Below, in pieces: positions 50,401-64,000 of a stretch of 64,000 bases of DNA. Location of the stretch: positions 41,726,001-41,790,000 of the forward strand of contig OZ024750.1 in the NCBI GenBank assembly GCA_964016885.1, written 5' to 3'. Each line of letters begins with the position of its first letter. Position 1 is the stretch's first letter. Origin of the DNA: Eledone cirrhosa. Taxonomy: Eukaryota. Under the pieces are notes generated by a model that saw only the letters and a program-made list of their open reading frames with translations, was not told the DNA's origin and made no database searches. A program made the position numbers and the translations under genes.

Positions 50401-53400
50401 TCATGTGTAGTAATGTGACAACTACAGCATGTGGTCATCATCATGTGTAGTAATGTGACAGCTACAGCGTGTGGTCATCATCATGTGTAGTAATGTGACA
50501 GCTAGAGCATGTGGTCATCATCATGTGTAGTAATGTGACAGCTAGAGCATGTGGTCATCATCATGTGTAGTAATGTGACAACTACAGCATGTGGTCATCA
50601 TCATGTCTAGTAATGTGACAGCTACAGCATCTGGTCATCATCATGTGTAGTAATGTGACAACTACAGCATGTGGTCATCATCATGTGTAGTAATATGACA
50701 GCTACAGCATGTGTTCATCATCATGTGTAGTAATGTGACAGCTACAGCATGTGGTCATCATCATGTGTAGTAATGTGACAGCTACAGCATGTGGTCATCA
50801 TCATGTGTAGTAATGTGACAACTACAGCATGTGGTCATCATCATGTGTAGTAATGTGACAGCTACAGCATGTGGTCATCATCATGTGTAGTATTGTGACA
50901 GCTACAGCATGTGGTCATCATCATGTGTAGTAATGTGACAGCTACAGCATGTGGTCATCATCATGTGTAGTAATGTGACAGCTACAGCATGTGGTCATCA
51001 TCATGTGTAGTAATGTGACAACTACAGCATGTGGTCATCATCATGTGTAGTAATGTGACAGCTACAGCATGTGGTCATCATCATGTGTAGTATTGTGACA
51101 GCTACAGCATGTGGTCATCATCATGTGTAGTAATGTGACAGCTACAGCATGTGGTCATCATCATGTGTAGTAATGTGACAACTACAGCATGTGGTCATCA
51201 TCATATGTAGTAATGTGACAGCTACAGCATGTGGTCATCATCATGTGTAGTAATGTGACAGCTACAGCATGTGGTCATCATAATGTGTAGTAATGTGCCA
51301 CCTACAGCATGTGGTCATCATCATGTGTAGTAATGTGACAGCTACAGCATGTGGTCATCATCATGTGTAGTAATGTGACAACTACAGCATGTGGTCATCA
51401 TCATGTGTAGTAATGTGACAGCTACAGCATGTGGTCATCATCATGTGTAGTAATGTGACAGCTACAGCATGTGGTCATCATCATGTGTAGTAATGTGACA
51501 ACTACAGCATGTGGTCATCATCATGTGTAGTAATGTGACAGCTAGAGCATGTGGTCATCATCATGTGTAGTAATGTGACAGCTAGAGCATGTGGTCATCA
51601 TCATGTGAAGTAATGTGACAACTACAGCATGTGGTCATCATCATGTGTAGTAATGTGACAGCTAGAGCATGTGGTCATCATCATGTGTAGTAATGTGACA
51701 GCTACAGCGTGTGGTCATCATCATGTGTAGTAATTTGACAACTACAGCATGTGGTCATCATCATGTGTAGTAATGTGACAGCTAGAGCATGTGGTCATCA
51801 TCATGTCTAGTAATGTGACAGCTAGAGCATGTGGTCATCATCATGTGTAGTAATGTGACAACTACAGCATGTGGTCATCATCATGTGTAGTAATGTGACA
51901 GCTACAGCATGTGGTCATCATCATGTGTAGTAATGTGACAGCTAGAGCATGTGGTCATCATCATGTGTAGTAATTTGACAACTACAGCATGTGGTCATCA
52001 TCATGTGTAGTAATGTGACAGCTAGAGCATGTGGTCATCATCATGTGTAGTAATGTTACAGCTAGAGTATGTGGTCATCATCATGTGTAGTAATGTGACA
52101 GCTAGAGCATGTGGTCATCATCATGTGTAGTAATGTGACAGCTACAGCATGTGGTCATCATCATGTGTAGTAATGTGACAACTACAGCATGTGGTCATCA
52201 TCATGTGTAGTAATGTGACAACTACAGCATGTGGTCATCATCATGTGTAGTAATGTGACAGCTACAGCATGTGGTCATCATCATGTGTAGTAATGTGACA
52301 ACTACAGCATGTGGTCATCATCATGTGTAGTAATGTGACAGCTAGAGCATGTGGTCATCATCATGTGTAGTAATGTGACAGCTACAGCATGTGGTCATCA
52401 TCATGTGTAGTAATGTGACAGCTACAGCATGTGGTCATCATCATGTGTAGTAATGTGACAGCTACAGCATGTGGTCATCATCATGTGTAGTAATGTGACA
52501 GCTACAGCATGTGGTCATCATCATGTGTAGTAATGTGACAACTACAGCATGTGGTCATCATCATGTGTAGTAATGTGACAGCTACAGCATGTGGTCATCA
52601 TCATGTGTAGTAATGTGACAGCTACAGCATCTGGTCATCATCATGTGTAGTAATGTGACAGCTACAGCATGTGGTCATCATCATGTGTAGTAATGTGACA
52701 ACTACAGCATGTGGTCATCATCATGTGTAGTAATGTGACAGCTACAGCGTGTGGTCATCATCATGTGTAGTAATGTGACAGTTAGAGCATGTGGTCATCA
52801 TCATGTGTAGTAATGTGACAGCTAGAGCATGTGGTCATCATCATGTGTAGTAATGTGACAACTACAGCATGTGGTCATCATCATGTCTAGTAATGTGACA
52901 GCTACAGCATCTGGTCATCATCATGTGTAGTAATGTGACAACTACAGCATGTGGTCATCATCATGTGTAGTAATATGACAGCTACAGCATGTGTTCATCA
53001 TCATGTGTAGTAATGTGACAGCTACAGCATGTGGTCATCATCATGTGTAGTAATGTGACAGCTACAGCATGTGGTCATCATCATGTGTAGTAATGTGACA
53101 ACTACAGCATGTGGTCATCATCATGTGTAGTAATGTGACAGCTACAGCATGTGGTCATCATCATGTGTAGTATTGTGACAGCTACAGCATGTGGTCATCA
53201 TCATGTGTAGTAATGTGACAGCTACAGCATGTGGTCATCATCATGTGTAGTAATGTGACAGCTACAGCATGTGGTCATCATCATGTGTAGTAATGTGACA
53301 ACTACAGCATGTGGTCATCATCATGTGTAGTAATGTGACAGCTACAGCATGTGGTCATCATCATGTGTAGTATTGTGACAGCTACAGCATGTGGTCATCA

Positions 53401-56400
53401 TCATGTGTAGTAATGTGACAGCTACAGCATGTGGTCATCATCATGTGTAGTAATGTGACAACTACAGCATGTGGTCATCATCATATGTAGTAATGTGACA
53501 GCTACAGCATGTGGTCATCATCATGTGTAGTAATGTGACAGCTACAGCATGTGGTCATCATAATGTGTAGTAATGTGCCACCTACAGCATGTGGTCATCA
53601 TCATGTGTAGTAATGTGACAGCTACAGCATGTGGTCATCATCATGTGTAGTAATGTGACAGCTAGAGCATGTGGTCATCATCATGTGTAGTAATGTGACA
53701 GCTACAGCATGTGGTCATCATCATGTCTAGTAATGTGACAGCTAGAGCATTTGGTCATCATCATGTGTAGTAATGTGACAACTACAGCATGTGGTCATCA
53801 TGATGTGTAGTAATGTGACAGCTAGAGCATGTGGTCATCATCATGTGTAGTAATGTGACAACTACAGCGTGTGGTCATCATCATGTGTAGTAATTTGACA
53901 ACTACAGCATGTGGTCATCATCATGTGTAGTAATGTGACAGCTAGAGCATGTGGTCATCATCATGTCTAGTAATGTGACAGCTAGAGCATGTGGTCATCA
54001 TCATGTGTAGTAATGTGACAGCTACAGCATGTGGTCATCATCATGTGTAGTAATGTGACAGCTAGAGCATGTGGTCATCATCATGTGTAGTAATTTGACA
54101 ACTACAGCATGTGGTCATCATCATGTGTAGTAATGTGACAGCTAGAGCATGTGGTCATCATCATGTGTAGTAATTTGACAACTACAGCATGTGGTCATCA
54201 TCACGTGTAGTAATGTGACAGCTAGAGCATGTGGTCATCATCATGTGTAGTAATGTGACAGCTACAGCATGTGGTCATCATCATGTATAGTAATGTGACA
54301 GCTACAGCATGTGGTCATCATCATGTGTAGTAATGTGACAGCTACAGCGTGTGGTCATCATCATGTGTAGTAATGTGACAACTACAGCATGTGGTCATCA
54401 TCATGTGTAGTAATGTGACAGCTAGAGCATGTGGCCATCATCATGTGTAGTAATGTGACAGCTACAGCATGTGGTCATCATCATGTATAGTAATGTGACA
54501 GCTACAGCATGTGGTCACCATCATGTGTAGTAATGTGACAACTACAGCATGTGGTCAGCATCATGTGTAGTAATGTGACAACTACAGCATGTGGTCATCA
54601 TCATGTGTAGTAATGTGACAGCTAGAGCATGTGGTCATCATCATATGTAGTAACGTGACACCTAGAGCATGTGGTCATCATCATGTGTAGTAATGTGACA
54701 GCTACAGCATGTGGTCATCATCATGTGTAGCAATGTGACAGCTACAGCATGTGGTCATCATCATGAGCAGTAATGTGACAACTACAGCATGTGGTCATCA
54801 TCATGTGTAGTAATGTGACAGCTACAGCATGTGGTCATCATCATGTGTAGTAATGTGACAGCTGGAGCATGTGGTCATCATCATGTGTAGTAATGTGACA
54901 ACTACAGCATGTGGTCATCATCATGTGTAGTAACGTGACAGCTACAGCATGTGGTCATCATCATGTGTAGTAATGTGACAGCTAGAGCATGTGGTCATCA
55001 TCATGTGTAGTAATGTGACAGCTGGAGCATGTGGTCATCATCATGTGTAGTAATGTGACAACTACAGCATGTGGTCATCATCATGTGTAGTAATGTGACA
55101 ACTACAGCATGTGGTCATCATCCTGTGTAGTAATGTGACAGCTAGAGCATGTGGTCATCACCATGTGTAGTAATGTGACAACTCCAGCATGTGGTCATCA
55201 TCATGTGTAGTAATGTGACGGCTAGAGCATGTGGTCATCATCATGTGTAGTAATGTGACAGCTAGAGCATGTGGTCATCATCATGTGTAGTAACGTGACA
55301 GCTAGAGCATGTGGTCATCATCATGTGTAGTAATGTGACGGCTAGAGCATGTGGTCATCATCATGTGTAGTAATGTGACAGCTAGAGCATGTGGTCATCA
55401 TCATGTGTAGTAACGTGACAAATACAGCATGTGGTCATCATCATGTGTAGCAATGTGACAGCTACAGCATGTGGTCATCATCATGTGTAGTAATGTGACA
55501 ACTACAGCATGTGGTCATCATCATGTGTAGTAATGTGACAGCTAGAGTATGTGGTCATCATCATGTGTAGTAATGTGACAGCTAGAGCATGTGGTCATCA
55601 TCATGTGTAGTAACGTGACAGCTACAGCATATGGTCATCATCATGTGTAGTAATGTGACAGCTAGAGCATGTGGTCATCATCATGTGTAGTAATGTGACA
55701 GCTAGAGCATGTGGTCATCATCATGTGTAGTAATGTGACAGCTACAGCATGTGGTCATCATCATCTGTAGTAATGTGACAGCTACATCATGTGGTCATCA
55801 TCATCTGTAGTAATGTGACAGCTACAGCATGTGGTCATCATCATGTGTAGTAATGTGACAACTACAGCATGTGGTCATCATCATGTGTAGTAATGTGACA
55901 GCTACAGCATGTGGTCATCATCATCTGTAGTAATGTGACAACTACAGCATGTGGTCATCATCATGTGTAGTAATGTGACAGCTACAGCATGTGGTCATCA
56001 TCATGTGTAGTAATGTGACAGCTACAGCATGTGGTCATCATCATGTGTAGTAATGTGACAACTACAGCATGTGGTCATCATCATGTGTAGTAATGTGACA
56101 GCTAGAGCATGTGGTCATCATCATGTGTAGTAATGTGACACCTAGAGCATGTGGTCATCATCATGTGTAGTAATGTGACAGCTACAGCATGTGGTCATCA
56201 TCATGTGTAGTAATGTGACAGCTACAGCATGTGGTCATCATCATGTGTAGTAATGTGACAACTACAGCATGTGGTCATCATCATGTGTAGTGATGTGACA
56301 ACTACAGCATGTGGCCATCGTCATGTGTAGTAATGTGACAACTACAGCATGTGGTCATCATCATGTGTAGTAATGTGACAGCTACAGCATGTGGTCATCA

Positions 56401-59400
56401 TCATGTGTAGTAATGTGACAGCTAGAGCATGTGGTCATCATCATGTGTAGTAATGGGACAACTACAGCATGTGGTCATCATCATGTGTAGTAATGTGACA
56501 GCTACAGCATGTGGTCATCATCATGTGTAGTAATGTGACAGCTACAGCATGTGGTCATCATCATGTGTAGTAATGGGACAACTACAGCATGTGGTCATCA
56601 TCATGTGTAGTAATGTGACAGCTACAGCATGTGGTCATCATCATGTGTAGTAATGTGACAGCTACAGCATGTGGTCATCATCATGTGTAGTAATGTGACA
56701 ACTACAGCATGTGGTCATCATCATGTGTAGTAATGTGACAGCTACAACATGTGGTCATCATCATGTGTAGTAATGTGACAGCTACAGCATGTGGTCATCA
56801 TCATGTGTAGTAATGTGACAGCTACATCATGTGGTCATCATCAAGTGTAGTAATGTGACAACTACAGCATGTGGTCATCATCATGTGTAGTAATGTGACA
56901 ACTACAGCATGTGGTCATCATCATGTGTAGTAATGTGACAACTACAGCATGTGGTCATCATCATGTGTAGTAATGTGACAACTACAGCATGTGGTCATCA
57001 TCATGTGTAGTAATGTGACAACTACAGCATGTGGTCATCATCATGTGTAGTAATGTGACGGCTACAGCATGTGGTCATCATCATGTGTAGTAATGTGACA
57101 GCTACAGCATGTGGTCATCATCATGTGTAGTAATGTGACAGCTACATCATGTGGTCATCATCATGTGTAGTAATGTGACAGCTAGAGCATGTGGTCATCA
57201 TCATGTGTAGTAATGTGACAGCTAGAGCATGTGGTCATCATCATGTGTAGTAACGTGACAAATACAGCATGTGGTCATCATCAAGTGTAGTAATGTGACA
57301 GCTACAGCATGTGGTCATCATCAAGTGTAGTAATGTGACAACTACAGCATGTGGTCATCATCATGGGTAGTAATGTGACAGCTAGAGCATGTGGTCATCA
57401 TCATGTGTAGTAATGTGACAGCTACAGCATGTGGTCATCATCAAGTGTAGTAATGTGACAACTACAGCATGTGGTCATCATCATGTGTAGTAATGTGACA
57501 ACTACAGCATGTGGTCATCATCATGTGTAGTAATGTGACAGCTAGAGCATGTGGTCATCATCATGTGTAGTAATGTGACAGCTAGAGCATGTGGTCATCA
57601 TCATGTGTAGTAATGTGACAGCTACAGCATGTGGTCATCATCAAGTGTAGTAATGTGACAACTACAGCATGTGGTCATCATCATGTGTAGTAATGTGACA
57701 GCTAGAGCATGTGGTCATCATCATGTGTAGTAATGTGACAGCTACAGCATGTGGTCATCATCATGTGTAGTAATGTGACAGCTAGAGCATGTGGTCATCA
57801 TCATGTGTAGTAATGTGACAGCTAGAGCATGTGGTCATCATCATGTGTAGTAATGTGACAACATACAGCATGTGGTCATCATCATGTGTAGTAATGTGAC
57901 AACTACAGCATGTGGTCATCATCCTGTGTAGTAATGTGACAGCTAGAGCATGTGGTCATCACCATGTGTAGTAATGTGACAACTCCAGCATGTGGTCATC
58001 ATCATGTGTAGTAATGTGACAGCTAGAGCATTTGGTCATCATCATGTGTAGTAATGTGACAGCTAGAGCATGTGGTCATCATCATGTGTAGTAATGTGAC
58101 AGCTAGAGCATGTGGTCATCATCATGTGTAGTAACGTGACAAATACAGCATGTGGTCATCATCATGTGTAGCAATGTGACAGCTACAGCATGTGGTCATC
58201 ATCATGTGTAGTAATGTGACAACTACAGCATGTGGTCATCATCATGTGGAGTAATGTGACAGCTAGAGCATGTGGTCATCATCATGTGTAGTAATGTGAC
58301 AACTACAGCATGTGGTCATCATCATGTGTAGTAATGTGACAGCTACAGCATGTGGTCATCATCATGTGTAGTAATGTGACAACTACAGCATGTGGTCATC
58401 ATCATGTGTAGTAATGTGACAGCTACAGCATGTGGTCATCATCATGTGTAGTAACGTGACAGCTACAGCATGTGGTCATCATCATGTGTAGTAATGTGAC
58501 AACTACAGCATGTGGTCATCATCATGTGTAGTAATGTGACAGCTAGAGCATGTGGTCATCATCATGTGTAGTAATGTGACACCTAGAGCATGTGGTCATC
58601 ATCATGTGTAGTAATGTGACAGCTACAGCATGTGGTCATCATCATGTGTAGTAATGTGACAGCTACAGAATGTGGTCATCATCATGTGTAGTAATGTGAC
58701 AACTATAGCATGTGGTCATCATCATGTGTAGTAATGTGACAACTACAGCATGTGGCCATCATCATGTGTAGTAATGTGATAACTACAGCATGTGGTCATC
58801 ATCATGTGTAGCAATGTGACAGCTACAGCATGTGGTCATCATCATGTGTAGTAATGTGACAACTACAGCATGTGGTCATCATCATGTGTAGTAACGTGAC
58901 AGCTAGAGCATGTGGTCATCATCATGTGTAGTAACGTGACAGCTACAGCATGTGGTCATCATCATGTGTAGTAATGTGACAGCTAGAGCATGTGGTCATC
59001 ATCATGTGTAGTAGTGTGACAGCTAGAGCATGTGGTCATCATCATGTGTAGTAATGTGACAACTACAGCATGTGGTCATCATCATGTGTAGTAATGTGAC
59101 AACTACAGCATGTGGTCATCATCCTGTGTAGTAATGTGACAGCTAGAGCATGTGGTCATCACCATGTGTAGTAATGTGACAACTCCAGCATGTGGTCATC
59201 ATCATGTGTAGTAATGTGACAGCGAGAGCATGTGGTCATCATCATGTGTAGTAATGTGACAGCTAGAGCATGTGGTCATCATCATGTGTAGTAACTTGAC
59301 AAATACAGCATGTGGTCATCATCATGTGTAGCAATGTGACAGCTACAGCATGTGGTCATCATCATGTGTAGTAATGTGACAGCTACAGCATGTGGTCATC

Positions 59401-62400
59401 ATCATGTGTAGTAATGTGACAGCTAGAGCATGTGATCATCATCATGTGTAGTAATGTGACAACTACAACATGTGGTCATAATCATGTGTAGTAATGTGAC
59501 AGCTACAGCATGTGGTCATCATCATGTGTAGTAATGTGACAATTACAGCATGTGGTCATCATCATGTGTAGCAATGTGACAGCTACAGCATGTGGTCACC
59601 ATCATGTGTAGTAATGTGACAACTACAGCATGTGGTCATCATCATGTGTAGTAATGTGACAGCTAGAGTATGTGGTCATCATCATGTGTAGTAATGTGAC
59701 AGCTAGAGCATGTGGTCATCATCATGTGTAGTAACGTGACAGCTACAGCATGTGGTCATCATCATGTGTAGTAATGTGACAGCTAGAGCATGTGGTCATC
59801 ATCATGTGTAGTAATGTGACAGCTAGAGCATGTGGTCATCATCATGTGTAGTAATGTGACAGCTACAGCATGTGGTCATCATCATGTGTAGTAATGTGAC
59901 AGCTACATCATGTGGTCATCATCATCTGTAGTAATGTGACAGCTACAGCATGTGGTCATCATCATGTGTAGTAATGTGACAACTACAGCATGGGGTCATC
60001 ATCATGTGTAGTAATGTGACAGCTACAGCATGTGGTCATCATCATCTGTAGTAATGTGACAACTACAGCATGTGGTCATCATCATGTGTAGTAATGTGAC
60101 AGCTAGAGCATGTGGTCATCATCATGTGTAGTAATGTGACAACTACAGCATGTGGTCATCATCATGTGTAGTAATGTGACAACTACAGCATGTGGTCATC
60201 ATCCTGTGTAGTAATGTGACAGCTAGAGCATGTGGTCATCACCATGTGTAGTAATGTGACAACTCCAGCATGTGGTCATCATCATGTGTAGTAATGTGAC
60301 AGCTAGAGCATGTGGTCATCATCATGTGTAGTAATGTGACAGCTAGAGCATGTGGTCATCATCATGTGTAGTAACGTGACAAATACAGCATGTGGTCATC
60401 ATCATGTGTAGCAATGTGACAGCTACAGCATGTGGTCATCATCATGTGTAGTAATGTGACAACTACAGCATGTGGTCATCATCATGTGTAGTAATGTGAC
60501 AACTACAGCATGTGGTCATCATCATGTGGAGTAATGTGACAGCTAGAGCATGTGGTCATCATCATGTGTAGTAATGTGACAACTACAGCATGTGGTCATC
60601 ATCATGTGTAGTAATGTGACAGCTACAGCATGTGGTCATCATCATGTGTAGTAATGTGACAACTACAGCATGTGGTCATCATCATGTGTAGTAATGTGAC
60701 AGCTACAGCATGTGGTCATCATCATGTGTAGTAACGTGACAGCTACAGCATGTGGTCATCATCATGTGTAGTAATGTGACAACTACAGCATGTGGTCATC
60801 ATCATGTGTAGTAATGTGACAGCTAGAGCATGTGGTCATCATCATGTGTAGTAATGTGACACCTAGAGCATGTGGTCATCATCATGTGTAGGAATGTGAC
60901 AGCTACAGCATGTGGTCATCATCATGTGTAGTAATGTGACAGCTACAGCATGTGGTCATCATCATGTGTAGTAATGTGACAACTATAGCATGTGGTCATC
61001 ATCATGTGTAGTAATGTGACAACTACAGCATGTGGCCATCATCATGTGTAGTAATGTGATAACTACAGCATGTGGTCATCATCATGTGTAGCAATGTGAC
61101 AGCTACAGCATGTGGTCATCATCATGTGTAGTAATGTGACAACTACAGCATGTGGTCATCATCATGTGTAGTAACGTGACAGCTAGAGCATGTGGTCATC
61201 ATCATGTGTAGTAACGTGACAGCTACAGCATGTGGTCATCATCATGTGTAGTAATGTGACAGCTAGAGCATGTGGTCATCATCATGTGTAGTAGTGTGAC
61301 AGCTAGAGCATGTGGTCATCATCATGTGTAGTAATGTGACAACTACAGCATGTGGTCATCATCATGTGTAGTAATGTGACAACTACAGCATGTGGTCATC
61401 ATCCTGTGTAGTAATGTGACAGCTAGAGCATGTGGTCATCACCATGTGTAGTAATGTGACAACTCCAGCATGTGGTCATCATCATGTGTAGTAATGTGAC
61501 AGCTAGAGCATGTGGTCATCATCATGTGTAGTAATGTGACAGCTAGAGCATGTGGTCATCATCATGTGTAGTAACTTGACAAATACAGCATGTGGTCATC
61601 ATCATGTGTAGCAATGTGACAGCTACAGCATGTGGTCATCATCATGTGTAGTAATGTGACAGCTACAGCATGTGGTCATCATCATGTGTAGTAATGTGAC
61701 AGCTAGAGCATGTGATCATCATCATGTGTAGTAATGTGACAACTACAACATGTGGTCATAATCATGTGTAGTAATGTGACAGCTACAGCATGTGGTCATC
61801 ATCATGTGTAGTAATGTGACAACTATAGCATGTGGTCATCATCATGTGTAGCAATGTGACAGCTACAGCATGTGGTCACCATCATGTGTAGTAATGTGAC
61901 AACTACAGCATGTGGTCATCATCATGTATAGTAATGTGACAGCTAGAGTATGTGGTCATCATCATGTGTATTAATGTGACAGCTAGAGCATGTGGTCATC
62001 ATCATGTGTAGTAACGTGACAGCTACAGCATGTGGTCATCATCATGTGTAGTAATGTGACAGCTAGAGCATGTGGTCATCATCATGTGTAGTAATGTGAC
62101 AGCTAGAGCATGTGGTCATCATCATGTGTAGTAATGTGACAGCTACAGCATGTGGTCATCATCATGTGTAGTAATGTGACAGCTACATCATGTGGTCATC
62201 ATCATCTGTAGTAATGTGACAGCTACAGCATGTGGTCATCATCATGTGTAGTAATGTGACAACTACAGCATGGGATCATCATCATGTGTAGTAATGTGAC
62301 AGCTACAGCATGTGGTCATCATCATCTGTAGTAATGTGACAACTACAGCATGTGGTCATCATCATGTGTAGTAATCTGACAGCTACAGCATGTGGTCATC

Positions 62401-64000
62401 ATCATGTGTAGTAATGTGACAGCTACAGCATGTGGTCATCATCATGTGTAGTAATGTGACAACTACAGCATGTGGTCATCATCATGTGTAGTAATGTGAC
62501 AGCTACAGCATGTGGTCATCATCATGTGTAGTAATGTGACAGCTAGAGCATGTGGCCATCATCATGTGTAGTAATGTGACACCTAGACCATGTGGTCATC
62601 ATCATGTGTAGTAATGTGACAGCTACAGCATGTGGTCATCATCATGTGTAGTAATGTGACAGCTACAGCATGTGGTCATCATCATGTGTAGTAATGTGAC
62701 AACTACAGCATGTGGCCATCATCATGTGTAGTAATGTGACAACTACAGCCTGTGGTCATCATCATGTGTAGTAATGTGACAGCTACAGCATGTGGTCATC
62801 ATCATGTGTAGTAATGTGACAGCTACAGTATGTGGTCATCATCATGTGTAGTAATGTGACAACTACAGCATGTGGTCATCATCATGTGTAGTAATGTGAC
62901 AACTACAGCATGTGGCCATCATCATGTGTAGTAATGTGACAACTACAGCCTGTGGTCATCATCATGTGTAGTAATGTGACAGCTACAGCATGTGGTCATC
63001 ATCATGTGTAGTAATGTGACAGCTACAGTATGTGGTCATCATCATGTGTAGTAATGTGACAACTACAGCATGTGGTCATCATCATGTGTAGTAATGTGAC
63101 AGCTACAGCATGTGGTCATCATTATGTGTAGTAATGTGACAGCTACAGCATGTGGTCATCATCATGTGTAGTAATGTGACAACAACAGCATGTGGTCATC
63201 ATCATGTGTAGTAATGTGACAGCTACAGCATGTGGTCATCATCAAGTGTAGTAATGTGACAACTACAGCATGTGGTCATCATCATGTGTAGTAATGTGAC
63301 AACTACAGCATGTGGTTATCATCATGTGTAGTAATATGACAGCTACAGCATGTGGTCATCATCATTTGTAGTAATGTGACAACTACAGCATGTGGTCATC
63401 ATCATGTGTAGTAATGTGACAACTACAGCATGTGGTCATCATCATCTGTAGTAATGTGACAGCTACATCATGTGGTCATCATCATGTGTAGTAATGTGAC
63501 AGCTACAGCATGTGGTCATCATCATGTGTAGTAATGTGACAACTACAGCATGTGGTCATCATCATGTGTAGTAATGTGACAACTACAGCATGTGGTCATC
63601 ATCATGTGTAGTAATGTGACAGCTACATCATGTGGTCATCATCATCTGTAGTAATGTGACAGCTACAGCATGTGGTCATCATCATGCATAGTAATGTGAC
63701 AACTACAGCATGTGGTCATCATCATGTGTAGTAATGTGACAACTACAGCATGTGGTCATCATCATGTGTAGTAATGTGACAACTACAGCATGTGGTCATC
63801 ATCATGTGTAGTAATGTGACGGCTACAGCATGTGGTCATCATCATGTGTAGTAATGTGACAGCTACAGCATGTGGTCATCATCATGTGTAGTAATGTGAC
63901 AGCTACAGCATGTGGTCATCATCATGTGTAGTAATGTGACAGCTACAGCATGTGGTCATCATCATGTGTAGTAACGTGACAGCTACAGCATGTGGTCATC
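41445..64000. repeat. 40-bp satellite array (~564 copies, runs off the window end)
   Basis: Unit GTGTAGTAATGTGACA(G/A)CTA(C/G)AGCATGTGGTCATCATCAT; constant register except one extra base near 57863. Confidence 0.99.

Overview
Eukaryotic, repeat-saturated, apparently gene-free window. The SINE, LINE and microsatellite content suggests a cephalopod (octopus-like) genome; this is inference. Two large satellites occupy over half of it: a 52-bp array (1-11767) and a 40-bp array (41445-64000). The ~30 kb between them holds a near full-length but disabled RTE-clade LINE (minus strand, APE+RT, with a PHD-type finger inside the RT), three older RTE fragments, many tRNA-headed and RTE-tailed SINEs, a Tc1/mariner-type MITE, foldback palindromes, about ten minisatellites and many microsatellites. 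No host protein-coding gene is supportable; the long ORFs outside the LINE come from repeats. Two observations stand out. First, four minimal type-I hammerhead-ribozyme folds lie within 1.6 kb (36788-38332), two of them forming the arms of a 333-bp palindrome, as in Penelope-like-element/retrozyme termini. Second, most tandem arrays, possibly including the 22.5-kb satellite, can be traced at their borders to the transposon fragment they amplified from. All alignments, folds and counts were done by eye.
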